A DNA stretch of 64,000 nucleotides, taken from Caecitellus pseudoparvulus. Taxonomy: Eukaryota > Protista > Bigyra: Bicosoecida. The stretch spans positions 1 through 64,000 of the forward strand of contig CBFFRQ010000075.1 in NCBI GenBank assembly GCA_965644315.1, given 5' to 3'. Shown piece by piece: positions 23,040 through 36,067 of this stretch. The notes beneath the pieces were generated by a model. The model had not been told where the DNA came from, did no database searches, and worked only from the letters and a program-made list of their open reading frames with translations. Within the stretch, counting starts at the first letter, position 1. Every line of letters starts with the position of its first letter. Position numbers and translations under genes: made by a program.

Positions 23040-26000
23040 ATGGCCTCCTCGCCCTCTGCGAGTGGCATTTCAGCCCTCCGTCAGGCGACCCGTGCTCACG
23101 TGCCCAGCGCCAGCTCCAGGTCTCCATTGCGGCAGGTGGATGCTGACGGAGACGGCGCCATTTCCGCACAGGAGCTGCTGGGGGCCTTTGACGCCGATGG
23201 CGATGGCTCCCTGGATGCTGGGGAGCTGAAGAAGCTCAGCATTCAGTTGAGCAATCAGGTACGTGGCAAGGCCCTGTCTTTGGCAGTTGGCTGCGTGCTT
23301 CAACTAGCACACCGCGGGTGCGGATGTTGAGGTTGCAGCGACGCAGGCCGTTCGCACCGTGACCGGGCTCTCCCTCGCTTGCTGGCACCATGTCATCTGC
23401 CCCTCGCAGCTTGTGTACAATAACCACCTTTTGGAACAGATCCAACAGCTAGAAGAGTCCCAGCTTTCTCAGCAGCGGGCAATGGCCCAGAGGCACGCAG
23501 CACTTCGCCAGGCTCTGGCTGCAGCAGAGGCAGCCCGGGCAGAAGCCCAGAAGTACAAGCTGGGCAAGGAGGCGGCCGAGGCTGCGGCTCAGCGAATCGA
23601 AGAAGAGAACGCTCAGCTGCATGGGGACCTGGGCGCTGCTCGCCGTGCCGCTGAGAATGCCGAGTCTTCAGGCACTGCACTGGCCGAGGCCGCAACAACA
23701 GCTGAGCGAACCGCTTCCGAGGCGAAGGCAGCGGTGGCTGCTGCCCAGCGCGAAGCCAAGGCAGCACGAGCTGATGCAGAGGACGCAGCGGCTGCCCATG
23801 AACAGAAGATGCGCATCCGCACTGCCGAGCGCGACCGTGCGCAAGCTGACTTGGAGGCGCTGCGGGAGAAGCAGGCGCCATTGCTGCTGGAGTGCGAGGG
23901 GCTGAAGAAAGAGCTGGCGGCTGCTAAGCAGGCAGCTGCAAGCGCCAAGGCGGCGAGGGAAAACAGCGACGGGCGCTTGAAGGAGGCCCTCGCCCGTGTG
24001 CACGCCTTGGAAGGGCTGTCGGCTGAGCGCCGCAGTCACGAACAAGCAGTGAGCCGCACAGTGGCGGAGCTGGAAGCGTCGACGAGGGCTGCCCAGGAAG
24101 AGGCGGAGCACTTGCGAGGCACCGTGGAGCAGCAGGGTACTGCCATTGATGCGCTGAAGGGCCGCATCACTGAGCTCATGGAGGAGCGCGATGCAGCTGT
24201 CTCTGCTGCACAGGAGCTGCAGGATGAGCTGCAGAGCGTTGGCGCCGACCTCCTCGCACAGGCGCGGGCGCGGTCTGCCGACCAGGAAGCGTTTGAGGCC
24301 AAGGTGCAGGCCTTGCAGGCTGAAGCTCGCGAAAGCGAGGAAGCACACCGGGAGGCTCAAGCTGACACACTAGCCAAGCTGAGTGCGGCGCAAGAGCGAC
24401 TGCGCAGTGCTCGCCACGAAGATGACGACAGACTGGAGAAGATGCAGAAGGACATGGACAATTTGCATGATGTAAGTGACGTCAACTGCCACCAACGCGG
24501 TGCTATTGCTTGCTCCACGTGCCGCGCACTGCAAGCCTATACCAACGCCTTGTGAGCGATGACGATACATTTTTGAACCGCAAAGACAGGATGTGTGCGC
24601 CGATACGTCGGGTACCTGTTCAACGCTTTTAACTGCAATCGTAGCTCGGATGTCGTGTGTGTGCCGGCGCTGTGCCGTGGCGCGTGGATTGGTGTGAGCG
24701 ATGACGATACATTTTTGAACCGCAAAGACAGGATGTGTGCGCCGATACGTCGGGTACCTGTTCAACGCTTTTAACTGCAATCGTAGCTCGGATGTCGTGT
24801 GTGTGCCGGCGCTGTGCGGTGGCGCGTGAATTGGTGTGAGCGATGACGATACATTTTTTGAACCGCAAAGACAGGATGTGTGCGCCGATACGTCGGGTAC
24901 CTGTTCAACGCTTTTAACTGCAATCGTAGCTCGGATGTCGTGTGTGTGCCGGCGCTGTGCCGTGGCGCGTGGATTGGTGTGAGCGATGACGATACATTTT
25001 TGAACCGCAAAGACAGGATGTGTGCGCCGATACGTCGGGTACCTGTTCAACGCTTTTAACTGCAATCGTAGCTCCTCCTCCTTTACAGGTCCTTGCCAAG
25101 ACCCGGCGTGAACTTGCTGGGGCAGAGACCCGCTTCGACGCTGAGCGAGAGAGTCACGACCAAGAAATCCGAGCACTGCAAGCGGACTTGCGAACGGCCC
25201 AGGGTGACCTGTCAGCTGCCAACGAAGCAAGGTCTCGTGAGGCGGCAAGGCTGAAGCGCGAAGTGGAAGATCTACGAGCAGACTTGGCAGCTCGCACCCA
25301 GCGACAGGTCGCCGTTCTGTCTGCAATGAAGGGCGCCTTCGAGGAAGTGGCAGCTGACGCCAGGCATGCACATGCCCAAGCTGCAGCTGTGAAGAGCGAA
25401 GCACAGGGTTTGACCTTGCGGGTGAATTCCGCCATGAATGAGCATGCTGAGGTTTCGTCTGGGTGGTACGATGGCGTCAAGGGCAGCCTGCTCACGTTGT
25501 TGGACACTGTGTCGGTGGCAAGGTCAGCGACAGCTGACGCTGAAGACGAGCGGGAAGCCATGGCGCTGCAATGCGAAGAACTGCGAGCGGAAATGCTGAC
25601 CCTGGAGGAAGAAGTGTCTCGCCTCCAGCACGAAGCAGAGGCGGCAAGCACCAAGCTTGCAAACGCAGAGGCAAGGCATACGACAGCCATGCAAGCTCTG
25701 AAGTCAGAGGGAACGGAGGCCAACGCTGCCATGGCAGACGCCTTGGCACGGCTGAAGCGCACTCAGTCACAGTTGGCCATCGCCAACGAGTCGAACTTGA
25801 AGCTGCAGCATGACAACAGCGCGCTTGCCTCGGATATCTCCGACCAGCGGGCGCGGAACAAGGCGAAACTGGCACACGCTGACAGCGAGAGAGCTGCCGC
25901 GGAGGAGGCTCAGCGCAGGGCCGAAGCCGACAGGAAAGAAGCTGTCCAGGAGCTGCAGGATGTGAAGCTCCAGTTGGCTGACGCACACCACGCAGTGGAG

Positions 26001-27335
26001 CAGCTCACTTCGCAGCTGCAAGCCGCCGAGGCTGCGGGTGACGAGACTGGCTACGCAGCTGGTGCGGAACTGGCTGCTTTGCGTGAGCATTGTGAGCAGC
26101 AGTCTGCGCAGTTGCAATCGTTGGAGGAGCAGTGCGCCCGGAACCAAGCCCTCATCGGGGTGCTGAAGGAAGCACGAGACGAACTCAGTGCGGACAATGA
26201 CAGCCTGCGCCGGGAAGTGGAACAGTTCTATGCAATGTCCTTGACTGGGCAGGCTGCCGTTCTCTCAGAGTCAGCTGTGCCTGAGCACGATCAACGAACG
26301 CAGGAAGTGACGTCGGCCCCTGTATTGCAAGCTGCTCCGTCTCGGAAGATGGCGCGACCCACACAAGAGCAGGCTTCTCCACCACCAGCTGTGAAGGCCT
26401 CACCACCTCCAGCTGTGAAGGCCTCACCACCTCCAGCTGTGAAGGCCTCACCTCCTGCTGCTAAGGCCTCACCACCTCCAGCTGCTAAGGCCTCACCACC
26501 TCCAGCTGTGAAGGCCTCACCACCTCCAGCTGTGAAGGCCTCACCACCTCCCGCTGCTAAGGCCTCACCACCTCCAGCTGCTAAGACCTCACCACCTCCA
26601 GCTGTGAAGGCCTCACCACCTCCAGCTGCTAAGACCTCACCACCTCCAGCTGTGAAGGCCTCACCACCTCCCGCTGCTAAGGCCTCACCACCTCCAGCTG
26701 CTAAGACCTCACCACCTCCAGCTGTGAAGGCCTCACCTCCTGCTGCTAAGGCCTCACCACCTCCCGCTGCTAAGGCCTCACCACCTCCAGCTGCTAAGAC
26801 CTCACCACCTCCCGGTGGCGGTGGGCGTGGTCCGCCCCCTGGTCGTGGGTCTGCGCCATCTCCCGCTGGGCGTGGTCCGCCTCCTGGTCGTGGGTCTGCG
26901 CCATCTCCCGCTGGGCGTGGTCCGCCCCCTGGTCGTGGGTCTGCGCCATCTCCCGCTGGGCGCGGTCCGCCCCCTGGTCGTGGGTCTGCGCCATCTCCCG
27001 CTGGGCGTGGTCCGCCTCCTGGTCGTGGGTCTGCGCCATCTCCCGCTGGGCGTGGTCCGCCCCCTGGTCGTGGGTCTGCGCCATCTCCCGCTGGGCGTGG
27101 TCCGCCCCCTGGTCGTGGGTCTGCGCCATCTCCCGCTGGGCGTGGTCCGCCCCCTGGTCGTGGGTCTGCGCCATCTCCCGCTGGGCGTGGTCCGCCCCCT
27201 GGTCGTGGGTCTGCGCCATCTCCCGCTGGGCGCGGTCCGCCTCCTGGTCGTGGGTCTGCGCCATCTCCCGCTGGGCGTGGTCCGCCTCCTGGTCGTGGAT
27301 CACCGCCAGCAAGGCCCCCCCCACCGCGAGGGTAA
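23040..27335 (+). CDS. EF-hand + long coiled-coil protein with Pro-rich repeat tail
   Basis: Exons 23040-23258, 23410-24471 and 25089-27335 are joined by phase-0 GT-AG introns. EF-hand loops DADGDGAISAQE and DADGDGSLDAGE are followed by heptad coiled coil and a repeat tail. Confidence 0.75.
24551..25074. repeat. Intronic tandem array, 142-bp period x 3.7 (97-bp hairpin core x4 + 45-bp linker x3)
   Basis: Units start at 24551, 24693, 24835 and 24978. Copies differ by only 2 substitutions and 1 T indel. The unit is 55% GC. The array lies inside intron 24472-25088. Confidence 0.97.
26371..26812 (+). repeat. 24-bp coding minisatellite, K(A/T)SPPPA(V/A) x19
   Basis: Direct reading of DNA and translation; two units are shortened to 21 bp. 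Confidence 0.95.
26823..27302 (+). repeat. 45-bp coding minisatellite, GRGPPPGRGSAPSPA x10 + partial
   Basis: Units occur every 45 bp from 26823 to 27273, with only synonymous differences. Confidence 0.95.
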
Positions 27336-27634
27336 GCTATTGCCATGTTGTATGCATGAAGCTTGCCATGCATCATGCGCCTTTGGTTGTTCAGAGCAAA
27401 GGCTTTGGGTCTTGCTTGTGCGTTTCTCGGCTCTGTGGTGAGGCTGAATGCAATAGCTCCACCGAGCCAAAACTATGGCATGCTTGTGACCTCTTCCTCA
27501 AGGAAAGGGACCCATTCTGTCCTCGCGAAGCGCGTTTCGCTCCGAACGTTTGCTCCTCTGCAAAGGAGGTTGCAGCGCCGCTTGGGTGTTGTGCACCTGC
27601 GGAACTAAACCTTGGGCTGACACCCGCAGGTGTC

Positions 27635-29704
27635 ATGCACAAGTACCGTCTCATCAGCAGGAAAGGAGAGGGGACCTTTTCAGAAGTTTTGAAGGCCCAG
27701 AGCCTGAAGAATGGAAAGTACATGGCGATCAAGTGCATGAAGACCAAGTTTGACTGCATTGACCAGGTAAACAACCTGCGCGAGATCCAGGCATTGCGAA
27801 GGTTGTCTCCGCACGAGCACATTGTCAAGCTGCATGAGGTGCTATAGTGAGTGTCTGAATGCCAAGCTGGCCCGATTTTGCCGTCGTTCCGTCCCCACAG
27901 CACCCCTCTCTTCCGCTGCGTTGAGTGCAGCGATGCTCCAACTGGGCGGCTGGCCCTGGTGTTCGAGCTGATGGAGTGCAACATCTACGAGCTGATCAAG
28001 GGGAAGCGGCATTACCTCCAAGAATCGCGCGTGAAGGCTCTGATGTTTCAGCTCTTCAAAGGCATTGAGCATATGCACAGGTGAGGGTGCAAGCAAAAAC
28101 CGCTTCGGCCCCTGGCATGCTCCAGGCCACAATTGCGCAGGAACGGAATCTTTCACCGAGATATCAAGCCGGAAAACGTACTTGTGATGGATGATGCATT
28201 GAAGCTGGCCGACTTTGGATCCTGTCGGGGCATTTACAGCAAACAGGTGTGTTTGACCCTGCAGGCCAGCTACCTCTGAGGTCAGCTGCCCCACGCCAGC
28301 CTCTGAACTCAGCCCTACACAGAGTACATCAGCACAAGGTGGTACAGGGCGCCTGAATGCCTGTTGACGGATGGGTACTACGGCTACAAGATGGATATGT
28401 GGGGCATTGGCTGCATTCTGTTTGAGGTGATGTCCCTGTACCCGCTCTTTCCAGGGAAGAATGAATCGGATCAGATCGAGTGCATTCACAAGGTACTCGG
28501 GACGCCAGACGAGGCCCTCCTCAACAAGTTCAAGCAGTACTCAAAACACATGAAGTACTCTTTCAAGCGACGAGCAGGGTCTGGCATCCGGAAGTTGGTC
28601 CCGCACGCTTCCCGGGAATGCCTGGACCTCATGGAGCAGCTGCTGCAGTATGACCCAGAGAAAAGAATGTCCGCCAAGCATGCCTTGCGGCACCCATGGT
28701 TCGCAGAGCTTCAGGCTCGCGAAGTGCCAAGCAAGAGCCCTGCGCAGGTGCCAGTTCAGGTGAAGGCGGCCGCCAAAGCTGAGGCAGCGCACGCGGCCGT
28801 GAGCAGGTACAAGGCAGCCCTGGACTCGAAAATGACGACTGGGGCATCGCAAAGCGAAAAACTATCAGAGTCCAAGACGATGAGTCCGGAATCGGGAGCG
28901 CGAACAGCTAAACCAACCCCCTTTGCCCTCCCTGCACCGGCAGTTGGAGAGGGCAAGCCACAGAGCGTCAAGGAGGCGGCAGCTGGAGAGAAAGGCTCGC
29001 CGAGTCCTGCGCCAGACGCCAAGAAGTCAGCCATCCAGCACTCAAGCGGGAGCTACTTGGCAAAGGGGCGAAGGAAGAAGCCCCACATTTCGAAGCATCT
29101 TGGCAGCAGCGGCGGGTATGTGCTGCCCGTGGCGTCTCTTGTGCAACTGGGCAGCCCACAACCGCCAGTTCAAGTCCATGCGATGTCTGGGCCACTGCGA
29201 GCTCCAGCTGGGATGACCATCAACACTGGGTCAACGTATCAACCCCCTCCTCGAGCAAGTGACGGCCCCCTTTCCCCATTGAGGCACGGCAAGGCTCACG
29301 CCTCCAGCGCGCTTCGTGGCGGCACACATGTAGCTGCTCACACGGGCCACTACCAAGGCTCACCAGCTCCTCTGTACAGCAGTCTTCACAGTGGCACCTC
29401 CATACCCTTGCCGGGCAAAACTGGCCCCGTGCACGCAGGGGCGCAGCACTCCGCGACGCTTGCCGGGTACTCACACCACAGCTTGTCAAAAGCCGTAGCC
29501 CGCAAGAGCGCCGCGGGCACCAGCAGTCTAACGTACAGTAAGGGAGGCTGGAAGCAAAGCAGCAGCGGCAGGTCTATTCGCCCAGCGCAGTACATTACGG
29601 GAGGACCCAAGTCCAGGCGGGCCGTTGCAGCTCCTCCCAAGGGCAGGCACAAAGGCACGAACAAGCTGATGAGGTCAAAGTACCCCGTTCCAAACTTCGG
29701 TTGA
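27635..29704 (+). CDS. MOK: MAPK/MAK/MRK-overlapping kinase (MOK/RAGE family)
   Basis: Exons 27635-27846, 27931-28080, 28141-28246 and 28313-29704 give KGEGTFSEV, NNLREIQALRRL, IFHRDIKPEN and [35 protein letters not shown]. Confidence 0.9.
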
Positions 29705-29726
29705 GTGCCTCCCTGAAGGAATACAA

Positions 29727-32700
29727 TCAACCCATCCTGTCTTCGTCCACAATGCCAGCTGCATAGCCTTCAGCCCGAGCACGGGCGGAGCGCTCCATGA
29801 GCTCCTTGATGCCAGGAGCGGTGCGGGCATGGGTCGCAACCCACGGCGCTTCAACAAGGTGGTCGTCTGTACTGCTGAAAGCAATTCCCCTGCGCACAGC
29901 TTCAATGGCGTCGGCATCCAACGCACTGACTGTCGTCCGAACAACTTCTTGCAACAGCTGCATGTACTGCGTCGCAGTTTCCCTCTGCTGTGACACGGCA
30001 TCCGCCCCGGGGGCCAAGGTGACTGTCGTGCACACAAGTTGTGACACGCTGGCGACGGCGGCTTGGATGGTCGAGTCTGGCAGGCAGTACAACAAGAGCA
30101 CAAGTGGGGGGGAGACGACGCTGGACACGGTGTACACCATGCTTGGAGAGCAGAGGAGAGCTGTGTACAGTAGTGTGTGCAGGAACCGCTGCCAAATTTG
30201 TGGCCGAGCTCTGGTTACAGCCTCAAACGCCGCCAGCAACTCATTTGCTTTGGCAACGCCATGGTCCGAGATGCGGTGCCGGGCCAAAAAGAGGTTGTGC
30301 AGGGTGGGGTCCACACCGAGCGGGACCTGCATGCCCGCAGAGCTGTCCCCTCGTGCTTCCAGCTGAGCAGCCTGGTCTTCGTGCAGCTTCTTTGTGTACT
30401 GTGCGCGCACGAGAGGTGTGAGCAGGTGCTTCACAATGCAGCAGGTGCTGCTGAACACGCGGGGGTCTTCACAGTGCCGCGAGCCATCGTCTTCGGCTGT
30501 CGCCTCTCGCTGCCGGCTCGCTGCATGGGTTTGCATCAGCACCAGCAGGCGCTCCAGCAAGCTGCCGACAATGACGGAGGGCATGCCCCAGATGGCAGCG
30601 CCCGCGGGCCGGTCATACCGCAGAAGCGACACCAGCACATGAGACCATGTAGGGGGAAGCTTCGCAAAGCCCTGGATCTGCTCGTTGCTCACGGCAAGGG
30701 CAGCCCGGACGACAGTGCGCCGGAGGTCATCTGGCGCGCTGTCACCCATAGCAGTGAGCAGGGACGGGTTCACAAACTGCCCACTCAGCACGCAGTCGGC
30801 GGCTGTGCACACCAAGCGCACAATTTTGATGAAGACAGATTCTTCCGTCAGCTGCCCAGCACTGGACGTGATTGCAGTCTTGGCTGCGTGCTTCAGAGTG
30901 CCTGCTAGCAGGTTCTCCACCACAGAGCTCAAGACTGTAGTGACGGTGCGATACAGGAACGCCCCCCCGCCATCATGCGGCGGGAAAGACACCCTGCTAG
31001 TGGTGTTGTTGGCCAGCGTCAAGCACAGCCGCACCAGCGGCTTCAGGACATCAAAATCTGCACGGAAGGCGGATGCCATGACCGGGAGCAGCTTCAAGTG
31101 CCGGTGGCGGAACCAAGCAAAGGCTGCAGAAAACTCATTGCCGTTGGCGGTGGCCCATACCAAGCCGCGGAGGTCACGTAGCCAGCCAATAATGGCAAAC
31201 TTGTCCGACAGGGAAATGTAGACCTTCCCGCTGGCGTCCCTGAAACTGCCCTGTGCGGCTCCTGCAAGCAGCAGCTCAGCGATGCGGTCGGGGATGCCCC
31301 CGCTGAATGCCACAGCATGGATGATGCCCATGGGGCGGGCCGGGTCGAACTGGCCGTCGGGCTCCACAGACACAGTCAAGGAGTCCGGCGCGGGAGGCGT
31401 GCACTGCGGCATGCCCTGGCCTTTCAGGCGCAGCGCGTCCTGCACCAGTGCACCCGTGGGCCTGTCTTGCTGACCGCTCCCCAAGATCACATGCAGCGCA
31501 GTGCCTACAGCCTCCAGTGGACGCACGAAGCCTAGGAACCAGTCTCGGCCCAGGCTGCGCAGGGACAGCGCGCCGGAGTGCATGAGCTTGGCGCTCAGGT
31601 GTGGCACGATGGAGGCAACGCTGCTGCGCGAGGCAGGGTTTGCAGTTGCTGGGACGGAAGGGCGGGATACCGGGCTGGAAGAGCCCACACCCTTGGTGTT
31701 CACCTTGCGCAGGGCTGCAGCGATGGCGTCCTCCTGGTCAAACTCGGAGTCCGTGGGCTGCGCCAGCGCGGTGCTGGGGCGCACCTGCCCCGTCGAAAAG
31801 TCGAACCGATGTACGCCTGCAGACTGACCAAACGGCATGCCCGTGATGGGGTTGATTGCTGCAGCAGACGAGGCACCGGCAGCTGGTGCACCATCCAGGC
31901 GCTCCTCGCTGGAGGCGCCTTGCACAGCCGAGGAGGCAATGCCCATCTGCTGGACAATCTCCGCTTGCAGTGCCTCTTCCAGTAGCCCGGCTGTGCTGGC
32001 ATCAGCGCCCTGCGCGTCAGCTTCAGCTTGCTTGGCCAGCTCGCGGTCCAGAGGCGCTGTGGCCGTGGAAAGCACCCGCGCATGGGAGAAGAGCAGGCGG
32101 GAGAGAGCCAAGAACACGTACGTGCGCCAGCGACCATACCGTGGATGGGACAGGAGCGGGAAAAGCACTGCCGGGGACTTGTTCACGAGCGTGCGCACTG
32201 TGAGGGTGCAAAGCAAGTCCGTCAGGGCAGGTGGCAGGGCAGCCATGACGTCAGACGACTGCCGGGGCACGACGTGGTCCACCATGCTGGTGAAAGTGAC
32301 GACGGTCTGGGTGACGACTTGGTCCACGCCACCACTGACGGGGCAGGCCCGCACACCAGCCTGCCCCGCCCCCTCGCCTTGCCGAAGGTTGGCCACCAGC
32401 TTCATCATCATCATGTCCACAAGTTCATGTGGATGCTTCAGCTTCATGCGCCGCAGGAAGTGAGCCAGCAGCGGCGTGACGGCCGTGTCCACATCGTCGT
32501 CCGTCTGCTCTGCCTCGCGGTGCAGCATGGGGTTGGCCACACTGGGCATGCCACCGCGCATGGCCATGACGGCCCGAGAAAAGCCTGAACGAACCTTGGA
32601 GCTCACAACGGCAGCGTAGCCCTGCTTGCGCTCCTTCACGTACACATGCCACAAGGGAGTGAAGCAGTCCAAGATAGACCCCTCCAGCCACGTGTGGCTG

Positions 32701-35578
32701 CGCTCGCTGGCCGTCACTGCCCCTGACGCAAACATCAACGCATGCAGCTGCTTCACAGCCGCCTTGGCTGCGGCAGGGGACATGGCAGATGGTGTGGGGC
32801 CCTGCGCTGAGCTTGCCATGCCGGGGAGCGGGTCTGCAGGGCCACCACCAATGGTGACTGCAGCCAAGTCTGCCACCAGCGCCTCCAAGGCAGCTTCAGT
32901 CATGTCCAAGCCCACCTGAGCCACGCCGTTCAAGGTCATGTCATCGTCTGAGGCAGTGGCTGCCTGCTCTGCTTCACCAGTGGCGACGCGAGGCAGGCAC
33001 GCACCAAGTGACAGCAGCATGATGTCGAACATCCACTGCAGGATGGCTGCTGCGCCCATAGCAGCTGTGTAGCCTGAGCTGGGCACAGGCATGGTGGGCA
33101 GGCTCCTCTGCACTGCGCCGCCTGCCAAGTCCTGCCCAACGAAAGAGGCGGCCGACTGGGCTGCCTCCTCCCCCAAGAGCTTCCCCATGAGCGATGCGAC
33201 AGCCAATTGCAGGGGGTCTTGTCCTGGTGTCACAGCAGGGGCGGGAGGCGCCGTGGGCGGGTCGTCGTCCTCAAAGATGGTCTCCTGCACACCCCCACCA
33301 TCCGTACGCTCCTTGGTCAACACCGTGTTGGGGCGGTGCACCATTGTCAGCGGCCACAGGAGGGATGACAAGTCACGCATGAGTGATGCACATTGCCCTC
33401 GCAGCAGGGCGCCGGCCACCCGCACAGTGGTCTGCGTGGCAGAGTCACTGGCACTGGCCAGCGTCACGTGGCACTGGTCTGCCACTGTGAGGGCGTGGCG
33501 GGTGAAGTTTGTCAGCGTGCTCTCATACAGCCGGCAGACATCTCCCAGAGCTCCATGTGAGCACTGCTTCAGCATGACGTACAGGGACCTGCGGGACTCG
33601 GAGGAGTCCGAGTACTCGTCCACCCAGTCCCCACTGCGCACCTGTGCTTGGGCGCAGGTGAGCACGTCAATGGCCTCTGCAGACCCCACGCGCAGCACAG
33701 GCACTGGCACAGCATACAAAGTGGCGCGCAAAGCGCCAGCACATGCTGCCTGGTCCATGAGCTCCCAACCGCCACAGCTGTCCAGGGACGCGACTGCTCC
33801 CAGCTGTACGTGGTACGCGACGATGCAGGCGACGACGTCCACGACGTGCTGGTGCAAGCCCATGCTCTGGTACAGGGAGGGGGAGGTGTCCTCCACCTGC
33901 TTGGCACCACGTGCCAGCTCCCCCCACCCCTTCAGCAGGAACTCCAGCGCACCTGCAGGCACTGCGTACCAATGCTGGAGGAGCACGAGGCTGGCCACAT
34001 GCAGCGCCCCCATGCGCTCCTTGGTCAGCACCCCCTTTGAGGCAAGGCGTGGCACGCTGAGTCGGGCGGTAGTTGACCAGAACAGCGTGCACACCGCGTT
34101 TAGCCACCGGTTGGTCGTCACAAGGGTGGGGCTGTTGCCATTCATGGCGGCCGTTGCCACCTGCTGCAGCTGCCCCATGCCGGAGCGGTACTGCTGCACG
34201 AGCGACTGGGCCGTCAGACTCATGGTCACTTGCACGGCTTCCATGAGGGCGGTGATCCAGTCGCTGAGAGTGGGGGTCATGGACGCGATCTTCAGCAGGC
34301 CAAGGTGCCCCAGGCACTGCATGCATGCCACAGCCACTCGCACGGAGGAATCTTCAGGGTCCACACCCTGGCTACCCTGTGAGTGCTGCACGAGCGTGAC
34401 GGCGAGAGTGGCGAAGGCGCTCACGCCGGCCGGCTGTGTCAAGCACTGCAGCTGGGCTGTGGTCGGGATGTTGGGCTGGTAGTCGTAATCCAGAGAGCTG
34501 TCGGCGCCCCTGCGGCCTGCCTTCTGCACTAGCAGCAACCGAACCGCTCGGACTTCCTCCAGGCACTTGCCTGCGAATTCGATGCAGTCCTGCACGCTCT
34601 CCCAGATGCTGTCCTCCACGCTGTCCAGGTTGTGTGTCAGCAGGTGCTCGGACGTTGACGCTGCTGTCACTCGAGCCACTGAGAATGCATGCGCGACAAC
34701 CTTGTGCAGAAACTCCCTCCATGCCCGCAAGGTGGTGGCGGTGACGGAAGTTGTGCCTTCCGCAACCTGACAAGGGAGGGGGCGGTGCGGGTAGAGGTGC
34801 GCGCGTTACGCAGAAGCGTTTCGCAGGGAGCCTGTGCACTTGCAAAGCCACTGCACTCACGGCCATGGTTCTGACTAGCTCGCGAATGACACGAGAGGCA
34901 ATGTCAAACGGAATTGAGCTTGCTTGGGAGGGAGGGGCGGAGGAAGGAGAGCCCAGCGCCGCTTGCATGGCGACGATGCTGCGGGAGCCGCCATGGGCGT
35001 CGGCGAGGCGATCCAAGCACAACGACGCAACTTGCCGCACGCTGACATCATCCACCCACGCCAAGGCTGCCAGCCTACACACCGTGTACAGGACAGAGTT
35101 CCGAATATTTCGAGGCAGGCGTGGCGAGGGGGAGCCTGCGTCCTTGATCACCATGTTCCACAGTTGGGCCTGCAGCGTGCTGGCTGTGCCGGCTGGCATT
35201 TGCTGGTAGAAGTGCTCCACGCACCCCTTCACGCAGGTGGCGGCGAACATGCACACGGACTGCGACGTCGCTTGGCTCAGGATGCCGAGCTGGCTCTGCA
35301 GGCATGTGGGGTGGCTGCCCACCAGGTGCACGTCCAGCCGCGCGCCTGCGCCGCTGTGCGTGGACACTGCCGCCCGCGCTGCCTCCACAGCGGCAGCTGA
35401 AGCTCCGATGCGCTCCAGCAGTGCCTCCTCCGCCCGCTCTCGCTCCTTCTGGTTATTGCTTTCATACAGCTGTGCATGGGGGAGGGGGCAGTGGTGCAGC
35501 ACTTGGCACCCTGCCCTGCATGCAGGCCATGCCCGCACGCACCACTGTGCACAGGGCGTCCAAGTCTGAGGCGGCCAT
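29727..35578 (-). CDS. XPO7: Exportin-7/RanBP16-17-like karyopherin (divergent, with large insertions)
   Basis: ATG 35578 gives MAASDLDALCTV-(intron)-LYESNNQKERERAEEAL. A second intron lies at about 34860-34767. C-terminal IGWLRDLRGLVWA..FAWF and LVRLCLTLANNTTSRVSF..GAFLYR match exportin-7 motifs. Confidence 0.7.
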
Positions 35579-36067
35579 GCTGCCGTTGCCAAATCCCGCA
35601 AGCAGGGGTTTGGTGGTTGCCCTCCCAGCTCACGGCGAGCGCAAAGGCCGAGGAACCACGCTTCCCTGGCGAAGTGGTCCTCACACATCACGCGGCTGGG
35701 GTACGGGTGGTTTGGATTGAGGGTTGGTGTCGAAAAGGACACCGTCCGGGCTGAGGGGTGTTTGGGGGGGGGGGGGGTGCCTGACGCAACCCCTGCACGC
35801 GCTCGCCGGGTGCCCGGAAAGGGCTTGCGAGCGTGCTGAAACAATCCAACGACTACACATGCATGCACAGCCGGCGATGCTGCTTTCGACTGGAAGCCAG
35901 TGAGCCCTTGCACTCCAAACCACTGGGCGTGGTGGGCTGCGAACACAGCAGCACGGATTTCCGCAGGCGTGCCTCAGCTCAAGCGCTGCTGTGCAAGGCT
36001 AGGTGCCACACTTGTGTACAGGACAGGAGCTTCAGAGCAGAGATAGACGACCCTTCACTCTGTAACC
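35579..36067. promoter_or_regulatory. Putative bidirectional promoter (XPO7-like / importin-7-like) with G14 tract
   Basis: A 489-bp gap separates the divergent ATGs; a G-run lies at 35764-35777. Confidence 0.45.

Noticed and set aside
24551-24692. Hammerhead ribozyme, C/D snoRNA, SECIS or tRNA/SINE identity for the repeat unit
   Set aside because: There is no CUGA on either strand, so no hammerhead core and no D box despite a C-box-like AUGACGA. The SECIS helix II does not pair. A-box-like TGGCGCGTGG and B-box-like GTTCAACGC are separated by a T5 run that would terminate Pol III, and no cloverleaf forms.
24551-25074. CRISPR-like repeat/spacer array
   Set aside because: The linkers are near-identical rather than unique, the repeat is too long (97 bp), there are no cas genes and the context is a eukaryotic intron.
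27332-27629. Splice fusion of the coiled-coil gene to MOK kinase (GTAAGC donor over the stop, CCCGCAG acceptor before the MOK ATG)
   Set aside because: The junction puts MOK out of frame. A different small terminal exon cannot be excluded.
10333-29704. Co-oriented cytoskeletal 'operon' (formin, kinesin, EF-hand coiled coil, MOK)
   Set aside because: A run of six same-strand genes can occur by chance, unrelated genes are interspersed and there is no evidence of polycistronic transcription.
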